Source: an uncultured Chloroflexia bacterium (GTDB lineage Bacteria; Chloroflexota; Limnocylindria; Limnocylindrales; CSP1-4). Taken from it: DNA of 64,000 bases. Under the pieces are notes generated by a model. The model was not told where the DNA came from. It searched no databases and worked only from the letters and a program-made list of their open reading frames with translations. Of this stretch, positions 30,044 to 39,881 are shown one piece after another (positions within the stretch are counted from its first letter, which is position 1; each line of letters starts with the position of its first letter). The position numbers were made by a program, and so were the translations under genes. The DNA is taken from the NCBI GenBank assembly GCA_963768655.1, contig CAVYIM010000005.1, positions 160,001 through 224,000 on the forward strand, written 5' to 3'.

Positions 30044-30334
30044 CCGTCGCCGCGCTCCATGCAGCCTTCGACCGGGCCCGGGATCGCCCCCGTGGCCCGG
30101 TCGCCGCGAGTCCGCCGTCGCCGATTTCGGCTTCGGGGCTCGTCCGGCCTGGCGACTCGGGCACAACACGCACCGGACACACGGCGCTCGGTCTGACGCG
30201 GTCGATCCGGCTGGACAGGCCTCGTCACAGGAGGCGGAAGAAGAGATGGCGTAACCTACACGCACCGAGGAGCCGCCCCCGTCAGAGCCTTCCGCCAGAT
30301 CCGGGACGCGACCCTCTTCGGAGGAGGCGCTCGC

Positions 30335-30949
30335 GTGTCGCACAGCAACGCTCGCTGGTTGGCGCTAACCACGCTTGTCTTCGGCGTGACCCTCTCTGCC
30401 TGCGGAGGCTCGAGTGGCGGGTCGCCGTCAATCGCAGCCACGCCTCCAGCTACGCCGGCGGCGACGACCGCGGCGACGCACACGGCGGCCAGGGCATCGG
30501 CCACCACATCGGCCACCACAGCCCCCGTCCCGAGCCTGGAGACGACCGCCGCGCCGGCAAGTTGCCCAACGGGGGCCACGGTAGGCGCCGCCCTCGGTAT
30601 CACCCTTCCGAATCCGGTCTCGGTCAAGGGCGGCGGAGGAACGCAACTTCCAGCCGGTGCGAGTGGCGTGGCCTGCGAATACGCTGGCACGGGTCTGAAC
30701 GTGATCATCGAGCTGATCACAAACATCGATCCCTCGTCCATTTCGCTGTTCAGCAGCAAGTTCCCAGTGCCGTACACAAGCGTGTCCGGCGTGGGAGACC
30801 AGGCTCGTTCGTTCTTCGCGCCGCTGAGCGGGGGGAAGAACAACGAGGGACTCGTGGCCACGAAGGGATCGAAGCTCGTGGACATCACCGCCACCGCCAC
30901 GCCGGCGTCGCTCGCCCAGATCGAGGCCCTGGTCAAGCAGCTCCTCTAG
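30335..30949 (+). CDS. lipoprotein (DUF3558-like)
   Basis: Lipobox LSAC, A/T linker, two further Cys, VSGVGDQA; GGAGG RBS. Confidence 0.8.
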   Translation: MSHSNARWLALTTLVFGVTLSACGGSSGGSPSIAATPPATPAATTAATHTAARASATTSATTAPVPSLETTAAPASCPTGATVGAALGITLPNPVSVKGGGGTQLPAGASGVACEYAGTGLNVIIELITNIDPSSISLFSSKFPVPYTSVSGVGDQARSFFAPLSGGKNNEGLVATKGSKLVDITATATPASLAQIEALVKQLL

Positions 30950-31290
30950 CCAGCGGGGCGGCAGGCGCTCGGCCTCTCGGGCCAAAGCCTCAGCCGCTGT
31001 CCTTCTGGCGCCTGGAGCGTGACTCGAACTGTTCTCGGTCCTTTCAACCGGTCGACAGCGTGAGAGTCGCCCCGCAATCGCCGGGGAGCGGCGCGCCGTT
31101 GACTGCGGACACGATGAACCAGTGGCCGTGGGCCACTGGCCGGCATGGATGAACGCCCGCGATTCGGCACGACCGAGAGGGGCGATCGCCGTGGCGATCG
31201 AGGCTTGCCCGATCGGCCCGGCCGCGTCACGATCAACGCGGTACTGCCGTCCGAAGGACCACCCGACGGTCGGACAACAAAGGGGTACAC

Positions 31291-32667
31291 ATGAGTCGCA
31301 AGGTCGAACTGGATCGGATGCCGACAGGACTTCGAAGAGGCACGCGGCTGGCTTTGACCGCCCTCGCGCTGCTCAGTCTTGCCGCCTGCGTGGCGCCATC
31401 TGCTTCATCCTCCGCCGCGCCGACCTCGGGCTCGACCGCCACGTCCGCGGCCTCGGGCACGCCGTCCACCAGCGCCACGGCATCCTCTGCGACGGCAATG
31501 CCGACGCCGACTGCCACACCCACGCCGCAGCTGACGCTGGTGGCCACGGCGTCCAACTCCCCCACCGTCCCGCAGGCTCCGGTCTGGACCGGCATTCATT
31601 GGACGGCGGGCCCGACATCGAACGGCCTTCCGGCGCCCGTCAACACGACCGATGCCGCGGGAAACACGACCTCGACCGAGACGCAGGTCTTCGGATGGAG
31701 CAAGGGCTTCGTCGTCTTCCGAGAGACGTCGGTGATGACCGCGGACGACAACTCCAAGTCGATAGCGATCGTTCCGTACGTTTCGGCCGACGGTCTGACC
31801 TGGACCAGGGGCCAGCCGCTCGACGTGAAGAACCTTGATGCGTGGGAGGTCGTGGCAGGGCTCGTCGAGGGACCGGCAGGGATCCTGGCCTACGGCCACG
31901 GCGAGCTGGCAACGTGCGGCGGGCCGACGCAATACAACACCCTGTGGCTGTCCAAGGACGGCCTGTCGTGGAGCCGGATCGACAAGAGCACCTACACGTA
32001 CATCGACGCCGGCTCCAGCGGCTACGTCGCCACCGACTTCTCCTCCAACATCTGGATCTCGACCGACGGCGTCGCATGGAAGACCGTGAACATGGCCACG
32101 GCCGGAACCAAGGGCATCCTGGTCGACGGCGCCACGGCTTTCGCCGGAGGGTTCGTGGTGGCTGCGTCGGTGCCGGTGCCCGCGGAGGGATGCGGGACAG
32201 GATCGGCTCCCAAGACGCCCTCGCTGTGGTGGTCTCGAGACGGCAGCAAGTGGTCCCGGGATGCCCTGAGCCCGCAGCTGACCGGTAGCCAGGCTTCAGC
32301 CAGCGTCCAGCGCATCAGCGACAATGCCCTTCTTGCGGTCGGCACGACCTGGGGCAAGGTCGTGACGAGCCGGGCCTGGACCTCCGCCGACGGCCGGGTC
32401 TGGACACCCGATCCGGATGCGCAGGTCCTTGATAACAACTTGCTCACGAACGGGACCTACGGCCTCCTGTTCTCCAACCCGGACAGTGGCAAGGTGAGCA
32501 TCTGGGGCTTCAACAGCGACCTGAGGCTCGTCGCCCTGCCTCAGACGGGCGACCTGCCGACCGCGCCGTTTACGGATGGCAACCGCCCGGTCCTGGGTTC
32601 GGCCGGCTTGATCGTTCCCAGCACCGACGGCACGCGCTTCTGGCTCGGCATTCCAACCGGAAGCTGA
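31291..32667 (+). CDS. lipoprotein with BNR/Asp-box (SxDGxxW) repeats
   Basis: Lipobox LAAC; SADGLTW, SKDGLSW, STDGVAW, SRDGSKW, SADGRVW. Confidence 0.85.
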   Translation: MSRKVELDRMPTGLRRGTRLALTALALLSLAACVAPSASSSAAPTSGSTATSAASGTPSTSATASSATAMPTPTATPTPQLTLVATASNSPTVPQAPVWTGIHWTAGPTSNGLPAPVNTTDAAGNTTSTETQVFGWSKGFVVFRETSVMTADDNSKSIAIVPYVSADGLTWTRGQPLDVKNLDAWEVVAGLVEGPAGILAYGHGELATCGGPTQYNTLWLSKDGLSWSRIDKSTYTYIDAGSSGYVATDFSSNIWISTDGVAWKTVNMATAGTKGILVDGATAFAGGFVVAASVPVPAEGCGTGSAPKTPSLWWSRDGSKWSRDALSPQLTGSQASASVQRISDNALLAVGTTWGKVVTSRAWTSADGRVWTPDPDAQVLDNNLLTNGTYGLLFSNPDSGKVSIWGFNSDLRLVALPQTGDLPTAPFTDGNRPVLGSAGLIVPSTDGTRFWLGIPTGS

Positions 32668-32893
32668 CGGCGACGGACGCTCGACGCCCCGGTCCCGAGA
32701 TCGGACGCGAGAGACGGAGCGTCGACGTCTTCGGCGTGAACGACGTCAGCGCCTAGGGCCTGTTGCCAGGAGGCGTCGCAGCCGCGCCCCTGGCCACAAC
32801 GCGAGCTTTGTCGCGCACCTGATCTGAGGCTGGCCGCCACCCGTGTGCATGAAACTGCTTCCGTCGCGTGTTCTACTTGCGAAAGGAGGCGCG

Positions 32894-33385
32894 ATGGAGC
32901 TGGCGATGGACGTCCCCGCAACGGGAGCCGACGCCCTCGAGGCGGCCCTCGACCGCTATTACGGACCTCTCGTCCGAAGGCTGACGCTGATAGTGCGCGA
33001 CCCCGAAGAGGCAGCCGACCTGGCTCAGTCGGCCTGCACCAGAGCCCTGGAGCACCGCGCCCGGTTCGACGGACGCGATCCCCGGGGCTGGCTCTATTCG
33101 ATCGGGATCAACCTTGCCCTCAACGAGTTGAGGCGCCGGCGGCGGTGGTTGTTCAAGCCGGCCGCGGAGGCCGACGCCACCTGGGTGATCGAGGTCGATC
33201 CCGACCTGTGGTCGGCGCTCGGTGAGCTCGAGCCACGAGTGCGGGCCGCGCTCCTGATGAACGTACTCGACGGCTACTCGCAGGCCGAGATAGCCACCGC
33301 TCTGCGCGTTCCCGAGGGGACAGTCGCGAGCTGGCTCGTGCGAGCGAAGCGCCGCCTGCGTGAGCGGCTTGGGGAAGGAGACTAG
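32894..33385 (+). CDS. ECF RNA polymerase sigma factor
   Basis: AADLAQ, GWLYSIGINLA, YSQAEIA..GTVASWLVRAK; AAGGAGG RBS. Confidence 0.9.
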   Translation: MELAMDVPATGADALEAALDRYYGPLVRRLTLIVRDPEEAADLAQSACTRALEHRARFDGRDPRGWLYSIGINLALNELRRRRRWLFKPAAEADATWVIEVDPDLWSALGELEPRVRAALLMNVLDGYSQAEIATALRVPEGTVASWLVRAKRRLRERLGEGD

Positions 33386-34025
33386 ATCGGATCCGTTCGA
33401 AGATCGACTCCGGTCGCGACTGGACGCTCTCGAGTCGGCGGCCCCCGTAGGCGATGGTGCTCGTGCGCCCGAAGCCCGGCCGCGGCGCCTTGTCCCGCTC
33501 CGCTGGGGAGCGCTCGCAGCCGTGGCTGCCGTCGCGGCGATTGCGATCGCAGTCGCCGGGCGACCGGCGGTGACTGACGCCTCCACACGAACGTACTCGC
33601 TGGATCAGAACGTCACGGTGACGGCGAAGACCAACGCGAGCTGGAGCGGCACGGTGGACCAGGCCACGGCCGAGGCCGCCATCCGCAAGACGATCCTGGC
33701 CAAGCTCGGGCCAGACGCGACTCTACACGTGACGTCGGCCTGGCAGGTCGCCGCCACCCTCGAGGTCAAGGGCACCGACTGGTCGATGTCCTGGACCAGC
33801 CCGAACCAGAAGCCGCTCGACGTCTGGGTCGTGGAGTTTGCCGGGACCGCCGCGGAGGGGTGGCCGGTGACCGCCAGCGGCGTGGTCGACGCCCAAACTG
33901 GGTCCTTGCTGGGCGGCGGCCTCAGCGAAGCAGGCACCCAGAACTCGGTCGGCCAGGGTCCGAACAAGCCGCCGGTCGTACCGGGACCGGCGGGCACGGC
34001 TCCCGAACCAGGTCCGACCAAATAG
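33360..34025 (+). CDS. putative membrane anti-sigma factor
   Basis: Short cytoplasmic helix (FEDRLRSRL), TM, extracytoplasmic domain; directly after ECF sigma; start uncertain. Confidence 0.7.
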   Translation: MSGLGKETRSDPFEDRLRSRLDALESAAPVGDGARAPEARPRRLVPLRWGALAAVAAVAAIAIAVAGRPAVTDASTRTYSLDQNVTVTAKTNASWSGTVDQATAEAAIRKTILAKLGPDATLHVTSAWQVAATLEVKGTDWSMSWTSPNQKPLDVWVVEFAGTAAEGWPVTASGVVDAQTGSLLGGGLSEAGTQNSVGQGPNKPPVVPGPAGTAPEPGPTK

Positions 34026-34673
34026 CCACCGAGCCCGCAACGGGCGTCTCTAGCTCGTCTTCTTAGCGCGACTGGTCCGGAACAGGTGGCCGGACCAGTC
34101 GCGCCGCCGTGCCCGACCGCGGCCATCAGGGGGCCGACGGCTCACGGCGCTCACCAGCGCCGCAACGACACCTTCTCCACTCGGTCCACCTACCCCTTCG
34201 AAGGCTCGGCCAGCATGACGGTGCCGAAGCATCCCTCACGTGCCGCCAGTTCATCGGCCGGTGGGCGCCGCCATCAACAGTGGCGTTGTCCTGGATTGGG
34301 AGCTCGCCTGTTCACGGGCATTTCGTCGCCGTCTCGCCACTGCCTGTGGCCGCGTCAGGGGAGGTCGGCGATCCGCACGGCCTCGAAGCCGGTGGGCTCG
34401 TCCGTCGCCGGGTCCCGCGGCGCCAGGAAGAGCCAGCCGCCGGACAAGTAGCAACCATAACGCACCTCGCGAGGTGCCGAACCCTCTGGTCCGATGACCA
34501 AGTAGGGGTCATGGCATAGATGTTCACCTGTTGCGTTGGTTAACGGGCCAGTAATCGGGCTGCAGAGCTGGTCGTCGGACCAGCCTGTCCAGCCGTCCGA
34601 GCTGAGCTTTGTGGCAGCCTCGCCAGCCCCTCGGAACACAGGCGGCGTGTCGTCCAACGCTCGAAATGAAGGT

Positions 34674-34749
34674 TGGCGTCCCCGGCGGGATTCGAACCCA
34701 CGACCGACCGCTTAGAAGGCGGCCGCTCTATCCACTGAGCTACGGGGAC
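34674..34749 (-). tRNA. tRNA-Arg(TCT)
   Basis: Cloverleaf gtccccg..cggggac-g-cca, anticodon loop cttctaa, TTCGAAT T-loop. Confidence 0.97.
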
Positions 34750-34982
34750 ACCGAACGGCTCGGCCGCCGCGCGTAGAGTAACCCGCCCCGGCCAGCGCGG
34801 CCAGTCCAGCGGCGCCGGGAGCACCAGTGCCGCGGCAGGCGCCCGAGCGGCCCGCCTACCCGTTCGGGACAAGCCTGCGAAATCGCCCGTTAGTCCCATG
34901 GCCCTGTCTTTGGGCGGTGCTAGACTCCATATCCTTCGCGTCCACCACGTACGCGCCTGCTGTGCCCTCGGAGGTCGTGTCG

Positions 34983-36486
34983 GTGTCGTCGCTCCCGCTG
35001 GAGTCCGAGCTGACGGCCATGCCATCGGCCGCGGACCAGCGGTCGGATGATCGATTGGACGTCCGGCAGGTTGCGCCTCGAACCGGCCCTCTCCTTTCGA
35101 CGACCAGCGGTCAGCTTGCCCTCCAGCTCCCGAGCGAGCTGCCCCACCTGTCGATCGCACCCGAATGGAAGGACCAGCAGCGGCTCTGGGGCCACAGCTT
35201 CCACCCCATGTGCTCGTACCTGGCCAGCTTCCCGGCCGGCCTCGTGCATGCGTTCATCGCCCGCTACACCCGCCCCGGCGACGTGGTCTTGGACCCGTTC
35301 AGCGGCCGTGGCACGACGCCGCTGCAGGCCTGCGCCGAGGGTCGAATTCGGCGCCGGCAACGACCTCAACCCGTTCGCGCACATCCTGACCGCCGCCAAG
35401 ATCGATCCGCCGACGAAGGCCGACGTCAAGACCCGCCTGGCCGCACTCCGCCTGGCCTGGGCGGCAACCGCCGGGGAGTGGAACGAGATCGCCGATCGCG
35501 TGACCGCCGACCCCGGCTCCTCCGAGATCCTGGCGCCCGGCCCCGGCAGCCGTCCCATCGGTGGCTCGATGCTGGCTCGTCCCGACGCGGTCGTCCCGGC
35601 CGAGGTCGCGCTTTCCTTCCATCCTCGAACGCTGGCTCAGCTGCTCTACCTGCGCGCCGGCCTGGATCCAGACGATCGAACGGATCGTTTCATCCTGGCG
35701 ACGCTCACCGGCATCCTTCACGGCAAGAGCGCGAGCTACCTCTCCGCCGTGATGCCGAACACCTTCAGCATGGCCCCGCGCTACGTCCGCGACTTCGTGG
35801 CCCGGACCAGCTTCCGCTCGCCCGAACGCGACACCTTCGGCCTGCTCGAGGACAAGGTCCGCCGCCTGTACCGCCAGGCCCTGCCCGCGGCGCGGGGGAT
35901 CGCCCTGCTCGGCGACGCTCGCGATTCGGGCATCCGGTTCCGCGAGGCCCTCCGGGCACGTGGCCTGCCGGAGCGGGCGCGCCTCGTAGTCACTTCGCCG
36001 CCCTACCTGCGCGTTGTGAAGTACGGCTACTACAACTGGCTGCGGCTGTGGCTCCTGGGCTACGACGCGGCCGCGATCGACGATCTCCTCGACGACGCCC
36101 ACCACCGCGACGCCTATCTGGTCTTCATGCGCGAGGTGCTGCGAGGCCTCCGCTCCGCGCTCGCGGACGACGCCGTCGTGGCCCTGGTGATCGGCGACGT
36201 GGAGCTGGATCGGGGCCGGCCTGCCAACGGCGGCGTGGGGCTGGCAGAGGCGGTCTGGGAACTCGCCGCCGCGCCGGAGGGGTACAGGCTGGCCGGCATC
36301 GCCCTGGACGACGTCGCAGCAGGTCGCAAGATGACCAAGCTCTGGGGCGACGAGGCGGGCCAGGCCACCAAGTTGGACCGGATCCTGGTTCTGTCCACGA
36401 GCGAAGCCGGCCGGCGCCGTGCGCTCTACGGAGCCTCGCTCCCGATCGACTGGTCCTGGCCGCCGCGCGCCCCGCGGGCGCTGTAG
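34983..36486 (+). CDS. site-specific amino-DNA methyltransferase, N4-C/N6-A type (apparent +1 frameshift at ~35347)
   Basis: VLDPFSGRGTT (SAM motif I) precedes VTSPPY (motif IV); removing one T from CGAATTCGG restores EGRIGAGNDLNP. Confidence 0.85.
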
Positions 36487-36595
36487 GCCGGCCCGCCGGG
36501 CCGCCCGGACGCCGCCCTCTCGCCCACTCCCGCCGACTCCCGCCGGCTCTCGTCCATCGCCGACGCTCCGCGCCTCGGCCTCATACAATCACGCC

Positions 36596-36823
36596 ATGAA
36601 GCCGATGTACGACGAGCGCGACCTGGCAGCAATGGACCCGCTGGTCCTGATGAAGAACCTGGATCACGTTCGGATGACCAGCCGCCGGCTCAGCTACATC
36701 CTTCAGCAGCAGGTCCACCTGTACACGCCGACCGCCACCGAACTGCGCCAGCGGATCGACTCGTACACCGACGCCGAGCGCCAGATCGAGGCCGAAATGG
36801 CCCGGCGGCAGCTCCGCGCCTGA
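36596..36823 (+). CDS. small helical hypothetical protein
   Basis: MKPMYDERD..., 75 aa, strong GC3 bias, TACAAT 6 nt upstream of ATG. Confidence 0.75.
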   Translation: MKPMYDERDLAAMDPLVLMKNLDHVRMTSRRLSYILQQQVHLYTPTATELRQRIDSYTDAERQIEAEMARRQLRA

Positions 36824-36935
36824 TCGGCGACGGCAGCCGGCGCCGCGAGCCTCCGGCGCCGCGAGGACCCGTGGCCAGGCCACGGCCGCCGGCGACACAG
36901 GCCACGGGCCACCGGCTCGGCCGACACAAGATGAG

Positions 36936-36967
36936 AAGAGGCCCTCCAAGGTAGGAGGGCCTCTTTC
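36936..36967. terminator. bidirectional terminator hairpin
   Basis: aagaggccctcc-aaggta-ggagggcctcttt between convergent genes. Confidence 0.75.
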
Positions 36968-37024
36968 GATCGATCGGCCGGCCATCGCTGCGCCGGCATC
37001 GAACAGCGGGCTGCGGGCCCGGGT

Positions 37025-37498
37025 TCAGGTGGCCGTTCCCATCAGCACGCGGACGTGCCTTGCGTCTTCGGGCGCCTCCTCCGGCGCGTCCGATCGCATG
37101 GTTATGGGAGCCATCACGCCGACGAGCAGCCGACCTCGCCGCTCGGCGTCCTCGCGCGCAACCTGGTTGACGAGATCCGCCAGGCCCGGCATCTCCGCGA
37201 GTCCGAAAGCGATGCCGTGTTCGGCCAGCTCCGCGAAGCCCCAGCCGTGGTACAGGCCCCGGCTGGCGACGGCGCACATCTCGTCGTACAGCTGGGGCCA
37301 GCCGACGCGTCTACGACGGTGGCAGAACCTGACGAAATCGAGGGCGGCGTCAGTGGCAGCGCGATCTTCCGGGTGCCTGCGCGAATCCATTCGATGCACT
37401 CGCTCCTCTCCATCGCGACCGCGAACCTCTTCCACCGACGGTCGTGGCCGGTTTCGGTCGCCCCGCGCGTCTCTCCTCCGCGGCAGGTTGGGCGTCAT
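37025..37498 (-). CDS. hypothetical protein
   Basis: Core LDFVRFCHRRRRVGWPQLYDEMCAVASRGLYHGW looks protein-like; true start may be internal (MDSRR, ~37390). Confidence 0.6.
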   Translation of the reverse strand: MTPNLPRRRDARGDRNRPRPSVEEVRGRDGEERVHRMDSRRHPEDRAATDAALDFVRFCHRRRRVGWPQLYDEMCAVASRGLYHGWGFAELAEHGIAFGLAEMPGLADLVNQVAREDAERRGRLLVGVMAPITMRSDAPEEAPEDARHVRVLMGTAT

Positions 37499-37784
37499 GC
37501 TAGGGGGCCGCTCGGTGCCAATAAAGGCTTTTCTCCACGAAGTGGTCCACCAAGTTTTCCACAGAACGCCCGTTCGCTGATCGTTTGTTCGACGGGCTCG
37601 AATGGAGGCGCCGGGCGGCTCGTTTCGAACGCCGAATTGGCGCCTCCGGGCGGCCCCCGGGCGATCCTCGAACGTCGTTTGGACCGCCGCGAACGCGCCC
37701 TGAGCTCTTACTCCATGAGCGCAGCGAAAAGGCGGAGGCGAGTGGCCCCCGCCTTCTTCGACGGCAGTGACGCCCTGGCGAGCC

Positions 37785-38561
37785 CTAGTTGGAGTGGATC
37801 ACCACCGTCCCGGCCGCCATGTCGTGCCAGGCCCGCTTGCGCGGCTCGAAGGCCGCCCACACAAACCCGAGGAGGCCGATGAGCCAGGTGATGAAGAACA
37901 TCTCGAGGTAGAAGATCACCGCGCGAATGGCGGCCGTGCCGCCATCGATCGGTCCGCCGTCGATGGCCCGCACGACCGTCAGCCCAAGCATCTTCATGCC
38001 GGGCGTGGCGCCGCCTTTCCACCAGAAGTACCACCAGTACCCAAAGAAGACGACCGGCAGGAGCACGAGGCCCACCAGGATCACGAGGCTCACGGCAGCC
38101 ACCAGCAGGGCCACTACCCAGATGATCGAATCGATGAAGTACGCCACGAAGCGGATCCAGAAGCCGGCGTACTGCGGCATGACGCCATAACCGGCCGGCG
38201 CGTAGCCCATCGGCTGGCCGAAGCCGGGGGGCGGGTACCCGGGCTGAGGCGGATACCCGGGCTGGGCGCCGGACCACGCGCTCGGATCGGTCCCGGGTGG
38301 AGACCCGGGCGGCGGCGGGTAGCCGGGCTGGCCGTAGCCGGGCTGGGGCGGAAAACCGGCAGGCGGTGGGTAAGCGCCCGGACCGCCCTGCTGCTGAGGC
38401 GCGTAGCCCCCCGGCTGTCCCGCCCACGAGCCGGGATCGGGCGCGGTCGGAGGCGTGGACCAGCCCGCAGGCGCGCTCGCCCAATCGGGCGGCGGTGGAG
38501 TCGAACCGGCACCCGGAGCCGCCGCCGGTTCCGGAGGCTGACCCTGCTGATCGTCGGCCAT
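37785..38561 (-). CDS. RDD family protein with Pro-rich N-terminus
   Basis: YAGFWIRFVAYFID, TPGMKMLGL, WHDMAAGTVV. Confidence 0.9.
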   Translation of the reverse strand: MADDQQGQPPEPAAAPGAGSTPPPPDWASAPAGWSTPPTAPDPGSWAGQPGGYAPQQQGGPGAYPPPAGFPPQPGYGQPGYPPPPGSPPGTDPSAWSGAQPGYPPQPGYPPPGFGQPMGYAPAGYGVMPQYAGFWIRFVAYFIDSIIWVVALLVAAVSLVILVGLVLLPVVFFGYWWYFWWKGGATPGMKMLGLTVVRAIDGGPIDGGTAAIRAVIFYLEMFFITWLIGLLGFVWAAFEPRKRAWHDMAAGTVVIHSN

Positions 38562-38734
38562 CAGTTCTCCTCGCTATTGCGGGCGCGGAACCATCGCTCC
38601 CCCGCTTCTGACCAGGCCCTGTGTCGCAATGCTAGCAGGGGCAAACGTCCCGTTGCGATGCTCCGTGCACGCTGGGGATCGGCATGAAAGCACGCCCCCG
38701 GGGCGCGGTCCGGGGGCGTAGGGCAGTTGCGAGC

Positions 38735-38811
38735 TGGTACCGCATATCGGATTCGAACCGATGGTCTCCGCCTTGAGAGGGCGGTGTCCTGGGCCTCTAG
38801 ACGAATGCGGC
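38735..38811 (-). tRNA. tRNA-Glu(CTC)
   Basis: gccgcat..atgcggt-a-cca, anticodon loop ctctcaa; downstream hairpin cgcccccgg..ccgggggcg (~38693-38718). Confidence 0.96.
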
Positions 38812-38953
38812 ATCGCGTTCGGCCGCCACGACGGCGGACCGGGCGGGATGATAGCAGGAGCCGCGACCGCGCGCCACGCCGACCATCGCCGCATCGTCAC
38901 GGCTTGCCGCGGCGCCGCGGCACTGGGGTCACGCGCGGGCGCGCGCGAAACGC

Positions 38954-39835
38954 CTACAGCCGGTGCGTCTCCAGGAACGCCCGCACGCCGTCGGCGACCT
39001 GCTGGAAGCTCTGCTCGCCGATCACCAGGCCATAGTGCGAGTGGGCCCCGAACGGTTCGTAGGTCCCACCCAGCCAGTCGGCCAGACGGCTGGCCCCGGT
39101 CGCCGCCGAGGTCCCGTCCAGGCCGGCGCCGACGACCAGGATCGGCACGGTGGCCAGCCGGGCTCGATCGATGGGGATCCCCTCGAGGATCTCGCGCTTG
39201 GCCAGACCCGACTCATGCGGCTTCTGCCCGAACAGGTGCTGCAGCCGTATCACGTCGTCGATCGTGAGGTCGCGATTTCCGCGCTGGAGCTTCTCGGGCA
39301 GTGTCTCCCAGCCGATGTGGTCGCGGCCGTAGACGTCCGGAATCTCGCGTAGCTCGTGCGGTCGAACGGGCGGGCGAAGGTCGCGCGGGAGCTCGCTGTC
39401 GAGAAGGACGATCGCCCCTACCGGATGTCGTTCCGCGGCTTTGAGGACGAGCAGGCCACCCATCCCATGCCCGATCGAAACGGTGTGGGGCCCGATCCTC
39501 TCCATGACCGACACGACGTCGCCGACGTACGTCTCGAAGTCGGTGGAGGCCATGTCGGCGTTTTGCGACCAGTAATGGTTCCGGAGATTGAGGGCGTGGC
39601 CCTCCCAGCCCCGGCTGGCGAAGTACGACAGATACCGCTCCCAGACCCAGGAGCCGGTCAGCTCGCCGTGGACGAAGAGCAGTGGCCGCCGTCGCGAACG
39701 CCGCTCCGGCATCCACGACTCGACGTACAGCCCGCGCTCGGTGACCTCGATCTCATCCTTGCGGATCGGCCGGCCGTTCGAGCCAACCGAGTGCGGCCGA
39801 GCAACGCGCAGGCCGTCGGAGGTGTTGTCGCTCAT
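38954..39835 (-). CDS. alpha/beta hydrolase fold protein lacking the nucleophile Ser
   Basis: LLFVHG, NLRNH, GHGMGG, SHYGL. Confidence 0.82.
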   Translation of the reverse strand: MSDNTSDGLRVARPHSVGSNGRPIRKDEIEVTERGLYVESWMPERRSRRRPLLFVHGELTGSWVWERYLSYFASRGWEGHALNLRNHYWSQNADMASTDFETYVGDVVSVMERIGPHTVSIGHGMGGLLVLKAAERHPVGAIVLLDSELPRDLRPPVRPHELREIPDVYGRDHIGWETLPEKLQRGNRDLTIDDVIRLQHLFGQKPHESGLAKREILEGIPIDRARLATVPILVVGAGLDGTSAATGASRLADWLGGTYEPFGAHSHYGLVIGEQSFQQVADGVRAFLETHRL

Positions 39836-39881
39836 GTCTCTCGGGTTCCGATTCCACGTCGGGACGACCACCCGCCCCGAT

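Noticed and set aside
34030-34670. Intact gene or integrase next to tRNA-Arg
   Set aside because: Only short ORFs (e.g. 34355..34657) with no recombinase motifs; treated as debris.
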